A stretch of DNA of 42,179 nucleotides, taken from positions 1 to 42,179 of IMG/VR virus record IMGVR_UViG_2778261252_000010, one strand, 5' to 3'. The stretch comes from a virus. Its lineage: Duplodnaviria > Heunggongvirae > Uroviricota > Caudoviricetes. Each line of letters starts with the position of its first letter. Within the stretch, counting starts at the first letter, position 1. Under the pieces are notes generated by a model. That model was not told the origin of the DNA and made no database searches. It saw only the letters and a list, made by a program, of their open reading frames with translations. The position numbers and the translations under genes are program-made. Of the stretch, positions 30,665-39,430 are shown in pieces.

Positions 30665-31525
30665 TCACCTGTCGAAAAACACGTAGCCAGTTTTCGATAC
30701 GGTGATTGCGGATGATGGTTTGGATTGTGGTTGAATGGTTTCTGGCTTCTCGTCGTTCCAGCGCTGACCGTTCAGGTAGCTCGATGGTAACAACCTGTCG
30801 AATCCGAACTGCTTACCATTCCTGCATGCGATGTCTTCTGCCAGCATCGTGGCAAACTCGCTTGCCGTACCCCTGGTAGTTTTACGCCATTCCCTGAACT
30901 GTGTTCTGAATGCTGAAGCTGCGTTTTTCTTCCCGGCTTTCCGCATGCCCGCACACCAGAATATTTCCTCGAATGCCTTGTCGGTTTCTTCGTGATGGTC
31001 AGGTGATTTTTCACACTCCGTCCGAACACTTTCGGACATAGTGTTTTTATTATTTCTTTTTTCTTTTGTAATAGTTTCTTTTGTGTGTCCCTGTTTTGGT
31101 GACAGCGCTGTCACCGTTTTGGTGACACTTTTTGTCACCAATGCAGTGACATTATCACCAGAGTAGTGACACCCTTCTATTTGCCATTCCTCGATGTTCT
31201 TGTTAGGCCCGATTTGCTGGCCTTCGCGAAGGATAACCTTCATCGCGATAAGCTCATTCTTGGCCTTGTTTACCTTCTGTCTTGGCAGCCTGGTAATTTG
31301 AGCTAACTGACTATCAGAAATGCGATCCATCTTTTTACCGTAGCCGTATGTTTTACGGCATATGGCGTGGGCAACCTTGCTCTGATTTTTCGTTAAATCT
31401 GCGCCGATAAGCTCTTCATACAGGGCATTTGCAAGACGGGTATAACCATCTTCAACTTCTGCCACACGACGCTCCACAGGCCGTTGTGAAGGCCTTAAAT
31501 GTGTTACGGTTGCAAGATTACTCAT
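30665..31525 (-). CDS. Replication initiation protein (lambda O-like N-terminal domain)
   Basis: 286 aa; N-terminal HTH region ([13 protein letters not shown]...[22 protein letters not shown]); iterons embedded in the coding sequence. Confidence 0.7.
   Translation of the reverse strand: MSNLATVTHLRPSQRPVERRVAEVEDGYTRLANALYEELIGADLTKNQSKVAHAICRKTYGYGKKMDRISDSQLAQITRLPRQKVNKAKNELIAMKVILREGQQIGPNKNIEEWQIEGCHYSGDNVTALVTKSVTKTVTALSPKQGHTKETITKEKRNNKNTMSESVRTECEKSPDHHEETDKAFEEIFWCAGMRKAGKKNAASAFRTQFREWRKTTRGTASEFATMLAEDIACRNGKQFGFDRLLPSSYLNGQRWNDEKPETIQPQSKPSSAITVSKTGYVFFDR
31093..31172. repeat. Origin iterons (GTGACA-containing repeats) inside the initiator gene
   Basis: GTTTTGGTGACA twice (31093 and 31116) plus at least four further GTGACA/TGTCACC copies within ~80 bp. 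Confidence 0.6.
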
Positions 31526-31664
31526 GACCTTTCTCCTTCTGCATCAGCTTCACTTTTTCCAACTCAGCCCGGAATCGACCAGGCTGCTTGAAGCTGGACA
31601 GGAAGCGATCACGTAGTATGTGTTTGTGAATTTTGTCCTGGTAAGGACTGAGTTGTTTTGTCAT
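31518..31664 (-). CDS. Small hypothetical protein (48 aa) between cII and the initiator
   Basis: Below the ORF-track cutoff; AGGAG ribosome-binding site; stop overlaps the initiator start. Confidence 0.4.
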   Translation of the reverse strand: MTKQLSPYQDKIHKHILRDRFLSSFKQPGRFRAELEKVKLMQKEKGHE

Positions 31665-31696
31665 AATGACTCCTGTGGATTGATCCAGTAATTCCC

Positions 31697-31993
31697 TCAG
31701 AATTGCATATCAATTTGCTTAAAATCCTCGGTGGCGGCCGGGGATTTTTTCTTTGTGATTCCATCAAGCGCATACTTAAAAGCCCTGCTAATCGGACTGA
31801 TGTCTGATGCCATTCCGAAAGCACACAAGACCGAAGCAATAAATCTCCAGTCCGTTCTGCTTATCTTCGATTCATGACAGCCAATCATCTTTGCCAGACC
31901 GCGCTGGGTAAGCGTTGACAGGTTGATAAGTAAATCTGTTTCTGCGCGATCAACGTCGCGCTGTGATAGTTTGCTGTAACTTGTTTGTTCCAT
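31697..31993 (-). CDS. cII: CII-like transcriptional activator
   Basis: 98 aa; C-terminal ...[18 protein letters not shown] resembles lambda CII ...KKRPAATERSEQIQMEF; located downstream of cro and nutR. Confidence 0.7.
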   Translation of the reverse strand: MEQTSYSKLSQRDVDRAETDLLINLSTLTQRGLAKMIGCHESKISRTDWRFIASVLCAFGMASDISPISRAFKYALDGITKKKSPAATEDFKQIDMQF

Positions 31994-32057
31994 TTCTTAC
32001 TATTTCCATAGGTAAATAATCACTAATACTCATCTTTCGATGAGTGATTAATTAGTT

Positions 32058-32092
32058 ACCGCGTTGTCGGCGGTGCAGATTGATAAAGAGCG
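32058..32092 (-). promoter_or_regulatory. nutR (boxA plus boxB)
   Basis: Minus strand: boxA CGCTCTTTATC and boxB hairpin ACCGC-CGACAA-GCGGT between cro and cII. Confidence 0.6.
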
Positions 32093-32099
32093 GTGTTAC

Positions 32100-32327
32100 T
32101 TATGCAGCCAGAAGGTTCTTTTTGCTTATTTCAAGCATTTCGCTTGCTTGATATTTGCCACCAGAAATCTCTTCGATTTTTGATGCGTATTTAGTTTTCC
32201 CAAAAAACTCAGTCTTAGGGAGGAAGCCGTTTTTGAGCCACTTATAGACAGCCCTTTCGCTAACTCCACAAGCCTTCGCAACTTCAGGGATGCCGACACC
32301 TTTAATCGGCTCATCAAGATTTTGCAT
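32100..32327 (-). CDS. cro: Cro-like repressor (HTH)
   Basis: 75 aa, HTH VAKACGVSERAVYKWLKNG; divergent from the cI-like gene across an operator region. Confidence 0.7.
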   Translation of the reverse strand: MQNLDEPIKGVGIPEVAKACGVSERAVYKWLKNGFLPKTEFFGKTKYASKIEEISGGKYQASEMLEISKKNLLAA

Positions 32328-32406
32328 AGGAATATCCTTTTTTCGTACTTTCAGTACGCATTATGATTGAACTGAAAGTTTTTGCAAGTGCTTTAGTATC
32401 GTACTC
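32328..32406. promoter_or_regulatory. OR / pR-pRM region with palindromic operators
   Basis: 79-bp region between divergent cro and cI; palindromes CGTAC-TTTCA-GTACG (32344..32358) and CTTTCAGT/ACTGAAAG; TCGTAC half-site also near 34288. Confidence 0.5.
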
Positions 32407-33114
32407 ATGGTTCAGAATGAAAAAGTGCGCAAAGAATTCGCCCAGCGGCTAGCGCAAGCCTGTAAAGAAGCTGGTCTTGATGAACATGGTAGGGGGATGG
32501 CCATAGCCCGTGCCCTTTCTCTTTCGTCCAAAGGCGTTAGCAAATGGTTTAATGCTGAGTCTTTACCGCGTCAGGAAAAAATGAATGCGCTTGCGAAATT
32601 TCTAAACGTTGATGTTGTTTGGCTTCAGCACGGAACTTCGTTAAATGGAGCGAATGATGAAGATACTCTTTCATTTGTTGGCAAATTAAAAAAAGGGTTA
32701 GTGCGCGTGGTTGGTGAGGCAATTCTTGGTGTTGATGGTGCCATCGAGATGACCGAAGAGCGCGATGGGTGGCTCAAAATTTATAGCGATGATCCTGATG
32801 CCTTTGGTCTTCGTGTGAAAGGAGACAGCATGTGGCCCAGAATAAAATCAGGAGAATATGTACTCATTGAGCCTAACACCAAAGTCTTCCCGGGTGATGA
32901 GGTGTTTGTCAGAACCATCGAAGGACACAACATGATCAAGATTCTTGGCTATGACAGAGATGGAGAATACCAGTTTACAAGCATCAACCAAGACCACAGG
33001 CCAATAACGTTGCCTTATCATCAAGTAGCAAAGGTGGAGTATGTGGCTGGTATTCTGAAGCAATCTCGTCATCTGGATGACATCGAGGCAAGGGAGTGGC
33101 TGAAAAATTCGTGA
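32407..33114 (+). CDS. CI-type prophage repressor (HTH plus LexA-like S24 peptidase domain)
   Basis: 235 aa; N-terminal HTH; C-terminal autocleavage domain with GDSM Ser motif and downstream Lys. Confidence 0.8.
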   Translation: MVQNEKVRKEFAQRLAQACKEAGLDEHGRGMAIARALSLSSKGVSKWFNAESLPRQEKMNALAKFLNVDVVWLQHGTSLNGANDEDTLSFVGKLKKGLVRVVGEAILGVDGAIEMTEERDGWLKIYSDDPDAFGLRVKGDSMWPRIKSGEYVLIEPNTKVFPGDEVFVRTIEGHNMIKILGYDRDGEYQFTSINQDHRPITLPYHQVAKVEYVAGILKQSRHLDDIEAREWLKNS

Positions 33115-33148
33115 CTTCATCGTCACATAGCTGGTAACCAGTGGCCTG

Positions 33149-34069
33149 ATGAGACGTTTGGGTGATTCAACGCAGCGAAAAAGGGTAATTCAATTAATGG
33201 AACATGATGATTTACAGCAATTACCATCCCCATTCGCAAAATGGAAGGGGAAGATCGACTTAGGTGGTGAAAGTATTGATTGCTATGTGCTTGACACTGG
33301 ACATCGTGTTATAGCTTTGCGAGCAACTGTAAAAGCAATTGCCAATGCGGAGTCAGGAGACCTGGCTAAATTTATTGGCGTTAGCTCACTTAATGGCTTT
33401 ATAGACAAAGACTTAGTCCTGGCCGAACTCATAGAGTTTTCCATACCAGGAACCCAATTTAAGAGCCAAGGACTTAAGACTGAGCAATTTGAATTGATTT
33501 GTCGCGGCTATGTACAGGCGCTATACAAAGGCGCGCCATTGACAGATAGACAGCGAGAAATAGCAATTAAATGTGCTGTATTAACAGCTGGTTTAACTAG
33601 GACTGGGTTAGATGCTCTAATTGATGAGGCTACTGGGTATCAGTATGAGCGTGCAGAGGATGCTCTCCAAGTAAAACTCAGGGCGTTCATCGCTGAGGAA
33701 CTAAGAGCATGGGAAAAAACATTTCCTGATGAGTTATGGGAAGAATTTGGTAGATTGACAGGATGGAGCACCCCATTGCAATCAAGGCCCAAATGGTGGG
33801 GGAAATTGGTTATAGAGTTAATTTATGACACTCTTGACGAAGATGTGGCTAAATATCTTAAAGAAAACAAGCCTGCGGCAGGAGTTCACTGGCATAGACA
33901 GTTAACCGAGAACCTAGGTGTAAGGCAGCTTGTATCAAGGTGCTGGGAGGTTATTGGGGTCGCAAAAACATGCGACACCATGCATGAGCTAAGAAGTCGA
34001 GTTGCTCAACACTATGGAAAGAAACCTGTTCAAATGACAATGTATTTACCGGAAAAAGAAATTAAATAA
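33149..34069 (+). CDS. Hypothetical protein in the rexAB position (co-oriented with cI), paralog of 6201..7187; candidate lysogen-expressed exclusion/defense gene
   Basis: 306-aa ORF 35 bp after cI and before the terminator and OL/pL; shares sequence blocks with 6201..7187. Confidence 0.65.
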   Translation: MRRLGDSTQRKRVIQLMEHDDLQQLPSPFAKWKGKIDLGGESIDCYVLDTGHRVIALRATVKAIANAESGDLAKFIGVSSLNGFIDKDLVLAELIEFSIPGTQFKSQGLKTEQFELICRGYVQALYKGAPLTDRQREIAIKCAVLTAGLTRTGLDALIDEATGYQYERAEDALQVKLRAFIAEELRAWEKTFPDELWEEFGRLTGWSTPLQSRPKWWGKLVIELIYDTLDEDVAKYLKENKPAAGVHWHRQLTENLGVRQLVSRCWEVIGVAKTCDTMHELRSRVAQHYGKKPVQMTMYLPEKEIK

Positions 34070-34076
34070 TATACAA

Positions 34077-34102
34077 CCCGGCCTCAGCGCCGGGTTTTCT
34101 TT
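34077..34102 (+). terminator. Intrinsic terminator ending the cI operon
   Basis: CCCGGC-ctcagc-GCCGGG hairpin followed by TTTTCTTT. Confidence 0.65.
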
Positions 34103-34279
34103 GCCTCACGATCCCCACACCTAATAACACCTTAACCAATTGTATTTATTGAAAAATTGATAGATACAACTTGCTAAACCACGAAATTCTGATCCCTGCC
34201 GCATAACCTTCATCCGCAACATTTACAAAAATAAATTTCCTTATATATCAAAATCATATTTCGTAGAGTTAATAAATCA

Positions 34280-34330
34280 CAAAATTTTCGTACCAATAGT
34301 TCTTGATAATGTCGAACTATTGGTTCATTA
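34280..34330. promoter_or_regulatory. Putative OL/pL operator-promoter region
   Basis: AT-rich region upstream of nutL and N containing a TCGTAC half-site (34288..34293) and a 10-bp inverted repeat ACCAATAGTT/AACTATTGGT. Confidence 0.4.
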
Positions 34331-34377
34331 TTATCGCCATCAGCAGGAAGCTGGAAGCCAAACGGAACAGATTGGCA

Positions 34378-34412
34378 GGCTCTTTAACTTCGATGGGGCG
34401 CTGACAAAGCGC
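34378..34412 (+). promoter_or_regulatory. nutL (boxA plus boxB, P22 type)
   Basis: boxA GGCTCTTTAAC and boxB hairpin GCGC-TGACAAA-GCGC, as remembered for P22 boxB. Confidence 0.65.
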
Positions 34413-34531
34413 AAACAGATACCAAACGAGATGGGTTTGGCGGTGATGTGAATTGCAGCTGCAACGACAGCAACCAGAAGATCAGCACCTGGCGCATCAC
34501 CACCAAAGCCATTTCACATGAGGAAAATATC

Positions 34532-34840
34532 ATGACGGTAATCGTGTACGGAAAATCAACATTTGCAGGAAATGCCAAAACTCGCCGTCATGAGCGGCGC
34601 AGAAAGCTGGCTATCGAGCGTGATGCTATATGCAACATCATCGATTCGATCTTCGGCACAGACAGTGAGGAACCTGTTCAGGAAGCCCCGAGAAAGCGTT
34701 TAAGCATTTCTGAAAAAGCAATATCACTCGGCATCATTAGCAAATCAAATACAGATGCGAATAGCGGAAGCGTTTGTTTGCCTGAAGTTGCACTGTATGC
34801 TGCTGGTTACAGAAGGCAAAAACTAATTACAGCGAGGTAA
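34532..34840 (+). CDS. Antiterminator N (P22 gene 24 type)
   Basis: 102 aa from the Met with GAGGA ribosome-binding site; arginine-rich motif GNAKTRRHERRRKLAIER matches the P22 N boxB-binding peptide from memory. Confidence 0.8.
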   Translation: MTVIVYGKSTFAGNAKTRRHERRRKLAIERDAICNIIDSIFGTDSEEPVQEAPRKRLSISEKAISLGIISKSNTDANSGSVCLPEVALYAAGYRRQKLITAR

Positions 34841-34842
34841 AA

Positions 34843-35121
34843 ATGAAGCCTAGCATAACAATCAAGCCAGCGAGAGATAATAGCAGGAACCGCCGCAGAG
34901 AGGCCAGGAAGGCAGAAAGAGCAGAGAAGGAAAACAAGAGCCGGGAGGAGAGAAAGGCAGAGATTTTGGAAAAAGGAGGATTGGCTGCCGTGAGGGGTGA
35001 AAAAGCAGCTGAATTAGCAGTAGCTCACGAAAAGACAGAGATTGACAATAATTCTGGTGGAGATGCAATGTTTAAAGTTGTCAATCACGCCCATCAACGA
35101 AACCCCAAAAAGAAATGGTAA
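34843..35121 (+). CDS. Small highly charged (Lys/Arg/Glu-rich) hypothetical protein
   Basis: 92-aa ORF immediately after N and followed by a terminator. Confidence 0.5.
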   Translation: MKPSITIKPARDNSRNRRREARKAERAEKENKSREERKAEILEKGGLAAVRGEKAAELAVAHEKTEIDNNSGGDAMFKVVNHAHQRNPKKKW

Positions 35122-35125
35122 TCAA

Positions 35126-35149
35126 CCCGTCCAAGACGGGTTTTTTATT
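35126..35149 (+). terminator. Intrinsic terminator (tL1-like)
   Basis: CCCGTC-caa-GACGGG hairpin followed by TTTTTTATT. Confidence 0.65.
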
Positions 35150-35178
35150 GCAAGCAAACCACTTATTTGAGATGAGAT

Positions 35179-35544
35179 ATGGAAGAACAAGCAAACAAGA
35201 TTCTCGTAGAACTACTGCAAAAAGCCAGTAATGGAATAGACGCGGCTGTTTCATTTAGCCAGGCACAGATTCCTGATGTCATCCATCAGCTTTTGATGTG
35301 GCACGCCGTATCATCAGCTGGAATTCAGGCTATCTGTGTATTGGTGATTATAGCGTGTGTTTATCTGATGATTTTTGCATGGAATAAAGGAGATGATGTA
35401 GATATTATTCTTTTATCACTACTTGTCACATCAGGAATAGCGATTACTTCTATTGTTGTTTTCTTCAATTATTTCGACTGGCTGAAAATTTGGCTTGCTC
35501 CAAAACTTTACCTTATCGAATATGCCGCATCATTGGTTAAGTAA
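35179..35544 (+). CDS. Membrane protein with predicted transmembrane helices, in the sieB-like position
   Basis: 121-aa ORF, AT-rich; hydrophobic segments AGIQAICVLVIIACVYLMIFAW and IILLSLLVTSGIAITSIVVFF. Confidence 0.55.
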   Translation: MEEQANKILVELLQKASNGIDAAVSFSQAQIPDVIHQLLMWHAVSSAGIQAICVLVIIACVYLMIFAWNKGDDVDIILLSLLVTSGIAITSIVVFFNYFDWLKIWLAPKLYLIEYAASLVK

Positions 35545-35597
35545 TTTCATGCCGCATAGTCGGACTTTATTTTTGGCATAAACAATATGGGGTAAAA

Positions 35598-35924
35598 ATG
35601 AAAGTTTTAATGGTTTATGAAAATGTTCCAGAGTCGACTGAAATCTATATTTTTGATGCCAATGAAGATGAAGTTAACGATTTGAAATTGTCTCACGGCA
35701 ATTACACAAATGCTAATTGTGATGAAAGTATCGAAAAAGCACTATCACGTGTTCTTGTCAGAATTAGTGTTCCAGAACATTGTGATGATGATTGGCTTTC
35801 TTATTGTGGAGCGGTAAAAACTGATGCAGGAAAATGGAGTAAAAGTAAAGTTGATAACTCAACTCCAATCATTATGAAAGATAGTGATATTGAAATGGTA
35901 ATAATAACCGGAATGATTATGTAG
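35598..35924 (+). CDS. Hypothetical acidic protein (AT-rich moron)
   Basis: 108-aa ORF, about one-third GC by eye; followed by a 9-bp-stem hairpin. Confidence 0.5.
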   Translation: MKVLMVYENVPESTEIYIFDANEDEVNDLKLSHGNYTNANCDESIEKALSRVLVRISVPEHCDDDWLSYCGAVKTDAGKWSKSKVDNSTPIIMKDSDIEMVIITGMIM

Positions 35925-36030
35925 GCTGCGAATAAGCACTGTGTATTCATTCCAACGAGTGAATACACGGAGCAATGTCGCTCGTAACTAAACAGGAGCC
36001 GACTTGTTCTGATTATTGAAAATCTTCTTT

Positions 36031-36057
36031 GCCCTCCAGTGTGAGGGCAATTTTTTT
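36031..36057 (+). terminator. Intrinsic terminator inside the early-left operon
   Basis: GCCCTC-cagtgt-GAGGGC hairpin followed by AATTTTTTT, immediately upstream of the ribosome-binding site of the next gene. Confidence 0.6.
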
Positions 36058-36069
36058 GACGGAGGAATT

Positions 36070-36486
36070 ATGGAAATTACAGATATTCTGGTTAATCCAG
36101 ATAATTACGACCAATTCAATATCTCTACTCAATCAGTTGATTTGGGATGTGCAACTGTCAGCGCATGGCTACTTAATGGTAAACAGTTGGATAAATGCCT
36201 TGATGCACATATGACGGTTAACAGCTTCCTTGCAGAAAAGACACACTGGCAAGATGCTGGAGGGAAATATGCTGGATGGCTTGAAAGCATGGGATTTGAA
36301 TATCAATCTGATGAAGGTTGGTGGAGCCTTATAGCTGTAACGCCTGAGACAATAGAATGCTTCGTTAAATACTCAAACGACGATGACTATAAACACCAGG
36401 TAGACTCTGCGATAGAAAGATACAAAAGAAAATCGTTCAACCACGAAATATCATCAGTTCTTGATTTCATAGAAGTCTTCAAATAA
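36070..36486 (+). CDS. Hypothetical protein (138 aa), AT-rich moron
   Basis: ORF-track ORF 36016..36486; start chosen at ATG 36070 with a GGAGG ribosome-binding site. Confidence 0.55.
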   Translation: MEITDILVNPDNYDQFNISTQSVDLGCATVSAWLLNGKQLDKCLDAHMTVNSFLAEKTHWQDAGGKYAGWLESMGFEYQSDEGWWSLIAVTPETIECFVKYSNDDDYKHQVDSAIERYKRKSFNHEISSVLDFIEVFK

Positions 36487-36569
36487 GCCGCCAAGCGCGG
36501 CTTTACCGCATACCAATAACGCTTCACTCGAGGCGTTTTCGTTATGCAATCAAACAGAAGGAGCATCCT

Positions 36570-36740
36570 ATGCAACAGTTCGCTATTGCAGGGGCGGCAT
36601 CGGTTCGCCCTTTCAACCCGATTTTATCGGTACAACATTCACGAAAAAACATTTTAACCGGAGCAGACTTTAAACAACCAAGAATGAAAAGCTTGCTCGA
36701 AAAGCTTTGGGATATTTTGAAACAACAAGGCCGTCCATGA
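36570..36740 (+). CDS. CIII-like protein (putative FtsH inhibitor)
   Basis: 56 aa, below the ORF-track cutoff; AAGGAG ribosome-binding site; MQQFAIAG...SLLEKLWDILKQQGRP resembles lambda CIII MQYAIAG...LIDILNQPGVP. Confidence 0.5.
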   Translation: MQQFAIAGAASVRPFNPILSVQHSRKNILTGADFKQPRMKSLLEKLWDILKQQGRP

Positions 36741-36821
36741 GTTTTACAGATAACTGGTCAGACGAAGAATTCATTCGTCAGATGAACAAAATGCTCAATC
36801 AGCACAAAGAACAGGAGAAAG

Positions 36822-37133
36822 ATGATGATTCTGACTCTGAATGATAAGCGTGAAATATCGCAAATCATCGCAAGTTTTACCGATGATGATTACGAACGAA
36901 TCAACAGTGAAGTTGATCGCCTCTGCAAACGTTGCGACCCAATAAGCGAAATGCTTCGCTCATATAAACCAGATGAACACACTAAGGACGCTATCGACTG
37001 GCTGGAAGATGATGACTGTAACTATCAGGAAAAAGCCGCTGAATGGTTCTGGGATGCAATAACCGAAAGAGTTAAAGCTGAATATGCCTTCGCAATATTT
37101 AAACGCAGACACATTTTTGGAGAAGCTGCATGA
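36822..37133 (+). CDS. Hypothetical early protein
   Basis: 103-aa ORF with AGGAG ribosome-binding site; stop overlaps the RecT start (ATGA). Confidence 0.55.
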   Translation: MMILTLNDKREISQIIASFTDDDYERINSEVDRLCKRCDPISEMLRSYKPDEHTKDAIDWLEDDDCNYQEKAAEWFWDAITERVKAEYAFAIFKRRHIFGEAA

Positions 37134-38041
37134 GCAATATCGTTGAATTCGTTAAACAGCAGGAGCAGTTATTCTGCGGAGCATTGACTGAACAGACGGT
37201 GACATGGGCTAAGGAAAGCCAGTTTGCAATTCAGTATTTCCAGAAAAACGATTACCTGGCTAAAACAGCACTGGCAAATCCAACCAGCGCACAGAACGCC
37301 ATCATCAATGTTGCGGCGATCGGCATCACCTTAAACCCGGCCAGCAAACTGGCTTATCTGGTTCCTCGCGACGGCATGGTGTGCCTTGATATCAGCTATA
37401 TGGGATTGCTCCATATTGCAATGGAGTCTGGTGTTATCTCATGGGGTCAGGCAAAACTTGTTCATGCTAACGATACCTATGAGTCAAACGGGCTTGATAA
37501 AGCACCAACCCATAAATACAACGCCTTCGGTGACCGTGGTGATATCGTTGGCGTTTACTGCACAGTTAAGACGCCAGCAGGTGATTATCTAACGGAAGAG
37601 ATGAGTCTGGCTGAAATTGAGGCTGTAAGGAAAACAAGCAAGGCAGCATTCAGCGATAAAGGACCATGGGTAAATCACTGGAATGAGATGGCGCGAAAGA
37701 CGGTCGTAAAGCGTGCAAGCAAGTATTGGCCTAAGGCATCACGCCTTGATAGTGCTATTCACGTACTAAACGAAGAAGAAGGCGTGTGGACCGAACCAGT
37801 TATGCCGCACAAATCAGAGGAAGATATCCGCGAAGATGAACGGAAACGCCAGCAGGAAATAATGGATAAAGCACAACTTCTTTGCGATGAAATGGCTCAG
37901 GCAGAAAACATGGATGATTTGAAGCGATATTTTGCAGAAGCATATCGCCTGACATCTGGAATGAAATTGCAGCAGAACGTACAAGCCATTTACATAGAAT
38001 GCAAAGCGAAACTGGAGGTTGCCAGTGAGCAAACTGTATGA
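37130..38041 (+). CDS. RecT-family single-strand annealing protein
   Basis: 303 aa; GPWVNHWNEMARKTVVKR matches the RecT signature GPWVTHWEEMAKKTAIRR. Confidence 0.8.
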   Translation: MSNIVEFVKQQEQLFCGALTEQTVTWAKESQFAIQYFQKNDYLAKTALANPTSAQNAIINVAAIGITLNPASKLAYLVPRDGMVCLDISYMGLLHIAMESGVISWGQAKLVHANDTYESNGLDKAPTHKYNAFGDRGDIVGVYCTVKTPAGDYLTEEMSLAEIEAVRKTSKAAFSDKGPWVNHWNEMARKTVVKRASKYWPKASRLDSAIHVLNEEEGVWTEPVMPHKSEEDIREDERKRQQEIMDKAQLLCDEMAQAENMDDLKRYFAEAYRLTSGMKLQQNVQAIYIECKAKLEVASEQTV

Positions 38042-38507
38042 AATTGCCAATGAATACGCAAAATTGATGGATTCAGATTTAGAACCAGAGATGATTGCTG
38101 ACACAATAGAAGGCATGGAAGGAGAATTTACCGATAAAATAGAGCAACTTCTTGCCATTATTAAAAATGAATCTGGTTATGCTGAACGCCTCAAGGAAGA
38201 GGCAAAGTCACTGAATGAGCGAGCCGCAGTAATTCAAAATAAGATTGGCAGCATTATGGCGTATATAGCGTCATCGCTTGAAATGGTTGGCAAGAAAAAG
38301 ATTAGAGCAGGTATTCACCAGGTAACAATCCGCAAACCGTCAGAAACTGTAGAAATCATCGACTCAAGCGCCCTTCCTCCTGAATACGTTGAGTTTGAAA
38401 CGACAATTAAAGCCGACAAACTGGCAATCAAACACCAACTAAAAGCAGGAATAAATATCCCCGGCGCTCAACTCAAAGTTGGGAAACCTTCACTTCTTAT
38501 CAAATAA
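38025..38507 (+). CDS. Hypothetical protein, possibly Gp157-family recombination-associated
   Basis: ORF-track ORF 38019..38507 starts on TTG; GTG 38025 has a GGAGG ribosome-binding site; family assignment is tentative. Confidence 0.45.
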   Translation: MSKLYEIANEYAKLMDSDLEPEMIADTIEGMEGEFTDKIEQLLAIIKNESGYAERLKEEAKSLNERAAVIQNKIGSIMAYIASSLEMVGKKKIRAGIHQVTIRKPSETVEIIDSSALPPEYVEFETTIKADKLAIKHQLKAGINIPGAQLKVGKPSLLIK

Positions 38508-38518
38508 CGGTATCGCCT

Positions 38519-38833
38519 ATGAAAAAGACTCCATGGGAGAAATGGGAAGTCGATTTCTTGCGCGAAGTGGCGGCGACAATGCCAGTTGAAGTTATCGCTG
38601 AAAAACTGGAAAGGACTGAAAAAGCAGTAATGGCGAAAGCAACAAGGATTGGCGCTGACATTGTTAGCCGACTTCGTGGAAGACGCTGGACAAGAGCCGA
38701 AGTATCACTTTTCGGTAAGTTCTCCGCAGAAGAAATAGCAATTGCAACCTGCCGCTCAATTTATTCAGTAAGAGCTATGCGATACAAGCTAAAAAAACTC
38801 GATGAAGAAAGAGCAGGCATACGAATAAATTAA
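38519..38833 (+). CDS. Hypothetical protein with two HTH-like repeats
   Basis: 104-aa ORF with an internal repeat pattern (W..E...L...E.A..L.RT.KAV). Confidence 0.5.
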   Translation: MKKTPWEKWEVDFLREVAATMPVEVIAEKLERTEKAVMAKATRIGADIVSRLRGRRWTRAEVSLFGKFSAEEIAIATCRSIYSVRAMRYKLKKLDEERAGIRIN

Positions 38834-38849
38834 CAAAGAGGAATTTACC

Positions 38850-39014
38850 ATGAGAGGACTTGCATACAATCCAGGCATTCTTCCGGCAGAAATGATTATT
38901 CGCCAACGCGTAAAGCCAATGCCATCGAGAGAGGAATTGCTTAAAAGAAATAGTTTCGGTTCTGTTAATGACAACAAATATCTGAATGCGATATGGCGGA
39001 GTGGGAAGAAATGA
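38850..39014 (+). CDS. Small hypothetical protein (54 aa)
   Basis: Below the ORF-track cutoff; AAAGAGGA ribosome-binding site; stop overlaps the next start (ATGA). Confidence 0.35.
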   Translation: MRGLAYNPGILPAEMIIRQRVKPMPSREELLKRNSFGSVNDNKYLNAIWRSGKK

Positions 39015-39430
39015 AACAAATGTCACTAATTGAGATGGATGGTTTTCTGAAAGGCAAATGCATCCCACGAGATTTAAAGGTTAACGAAACAAATGCTGAA
39101 TATCTGGTGCGTAAATTTGCTGAAGCGGAGGCCAAGTGCGCGGCGATGGCAGCGGAAAATGCGGGGCTGAAGTCTGCAATTCCTCAACTACGGGATATTG
39201 ATGCTGACAATGACAATATGGATGACGTATCTCTTGCTGAAGATTTCGGGTTCAATTATGCAATAGAACTGATGAGGAGACGGATTCCTAAAACTCCGGC
39301 CACCGATGCTTTCCTGGATGAAGTACGGGCGCAGGGCGTGGAGATGTTTGCTGAGTGTGCATACACACTTGAACATCATGATCACGCAGTAGCCTTCGCC
39401 GCTGAGCTTCGCAAAGGAGGCAACCAGTGA
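39011..39430 (+). CDS. Hypothetical protein (Ea22-like early protein)
   Basis: ORF-track ORF 38993..39430; start 39011 preferred because of the ATGA coupling with the upstream ORF. Confidence 0.55.
   Translation: MKQMSLIEMDGFLKGKCIPRDLKVNETNAEYLVRKFAEAEAKCAAMAAENAGLKSAIPQLRDIDADNDNMDDVSLAEDFGFNYAIELMRRRIPKTPATDAFLDEVRAQGVEMFAECAYTLEHHDHAVAFAAELRKGGNQ

Noticed and set aside
31609-31839. 76-aa minus-strand ORF overlapping the cII gene out of frame
   Set aside because: The overlapping frame 31697..31993 has a CII-like C-terminus; a better-supported 48-aa ORF (31518..31664) with a ribosome-binding site fills the cII to initiator gap.
32126-32317. 63-aa ORF in an alternative frame within cro
   Set aside because: Same strand as cro but out of frame; the cro frame carries the HTH motif.
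36738-36842. 34-aa acidic ORF overlapping the cIII-like stop and the start of the 36822 gene
   Set aside because: No convincing ribosome-binding site, very short and low complexity.
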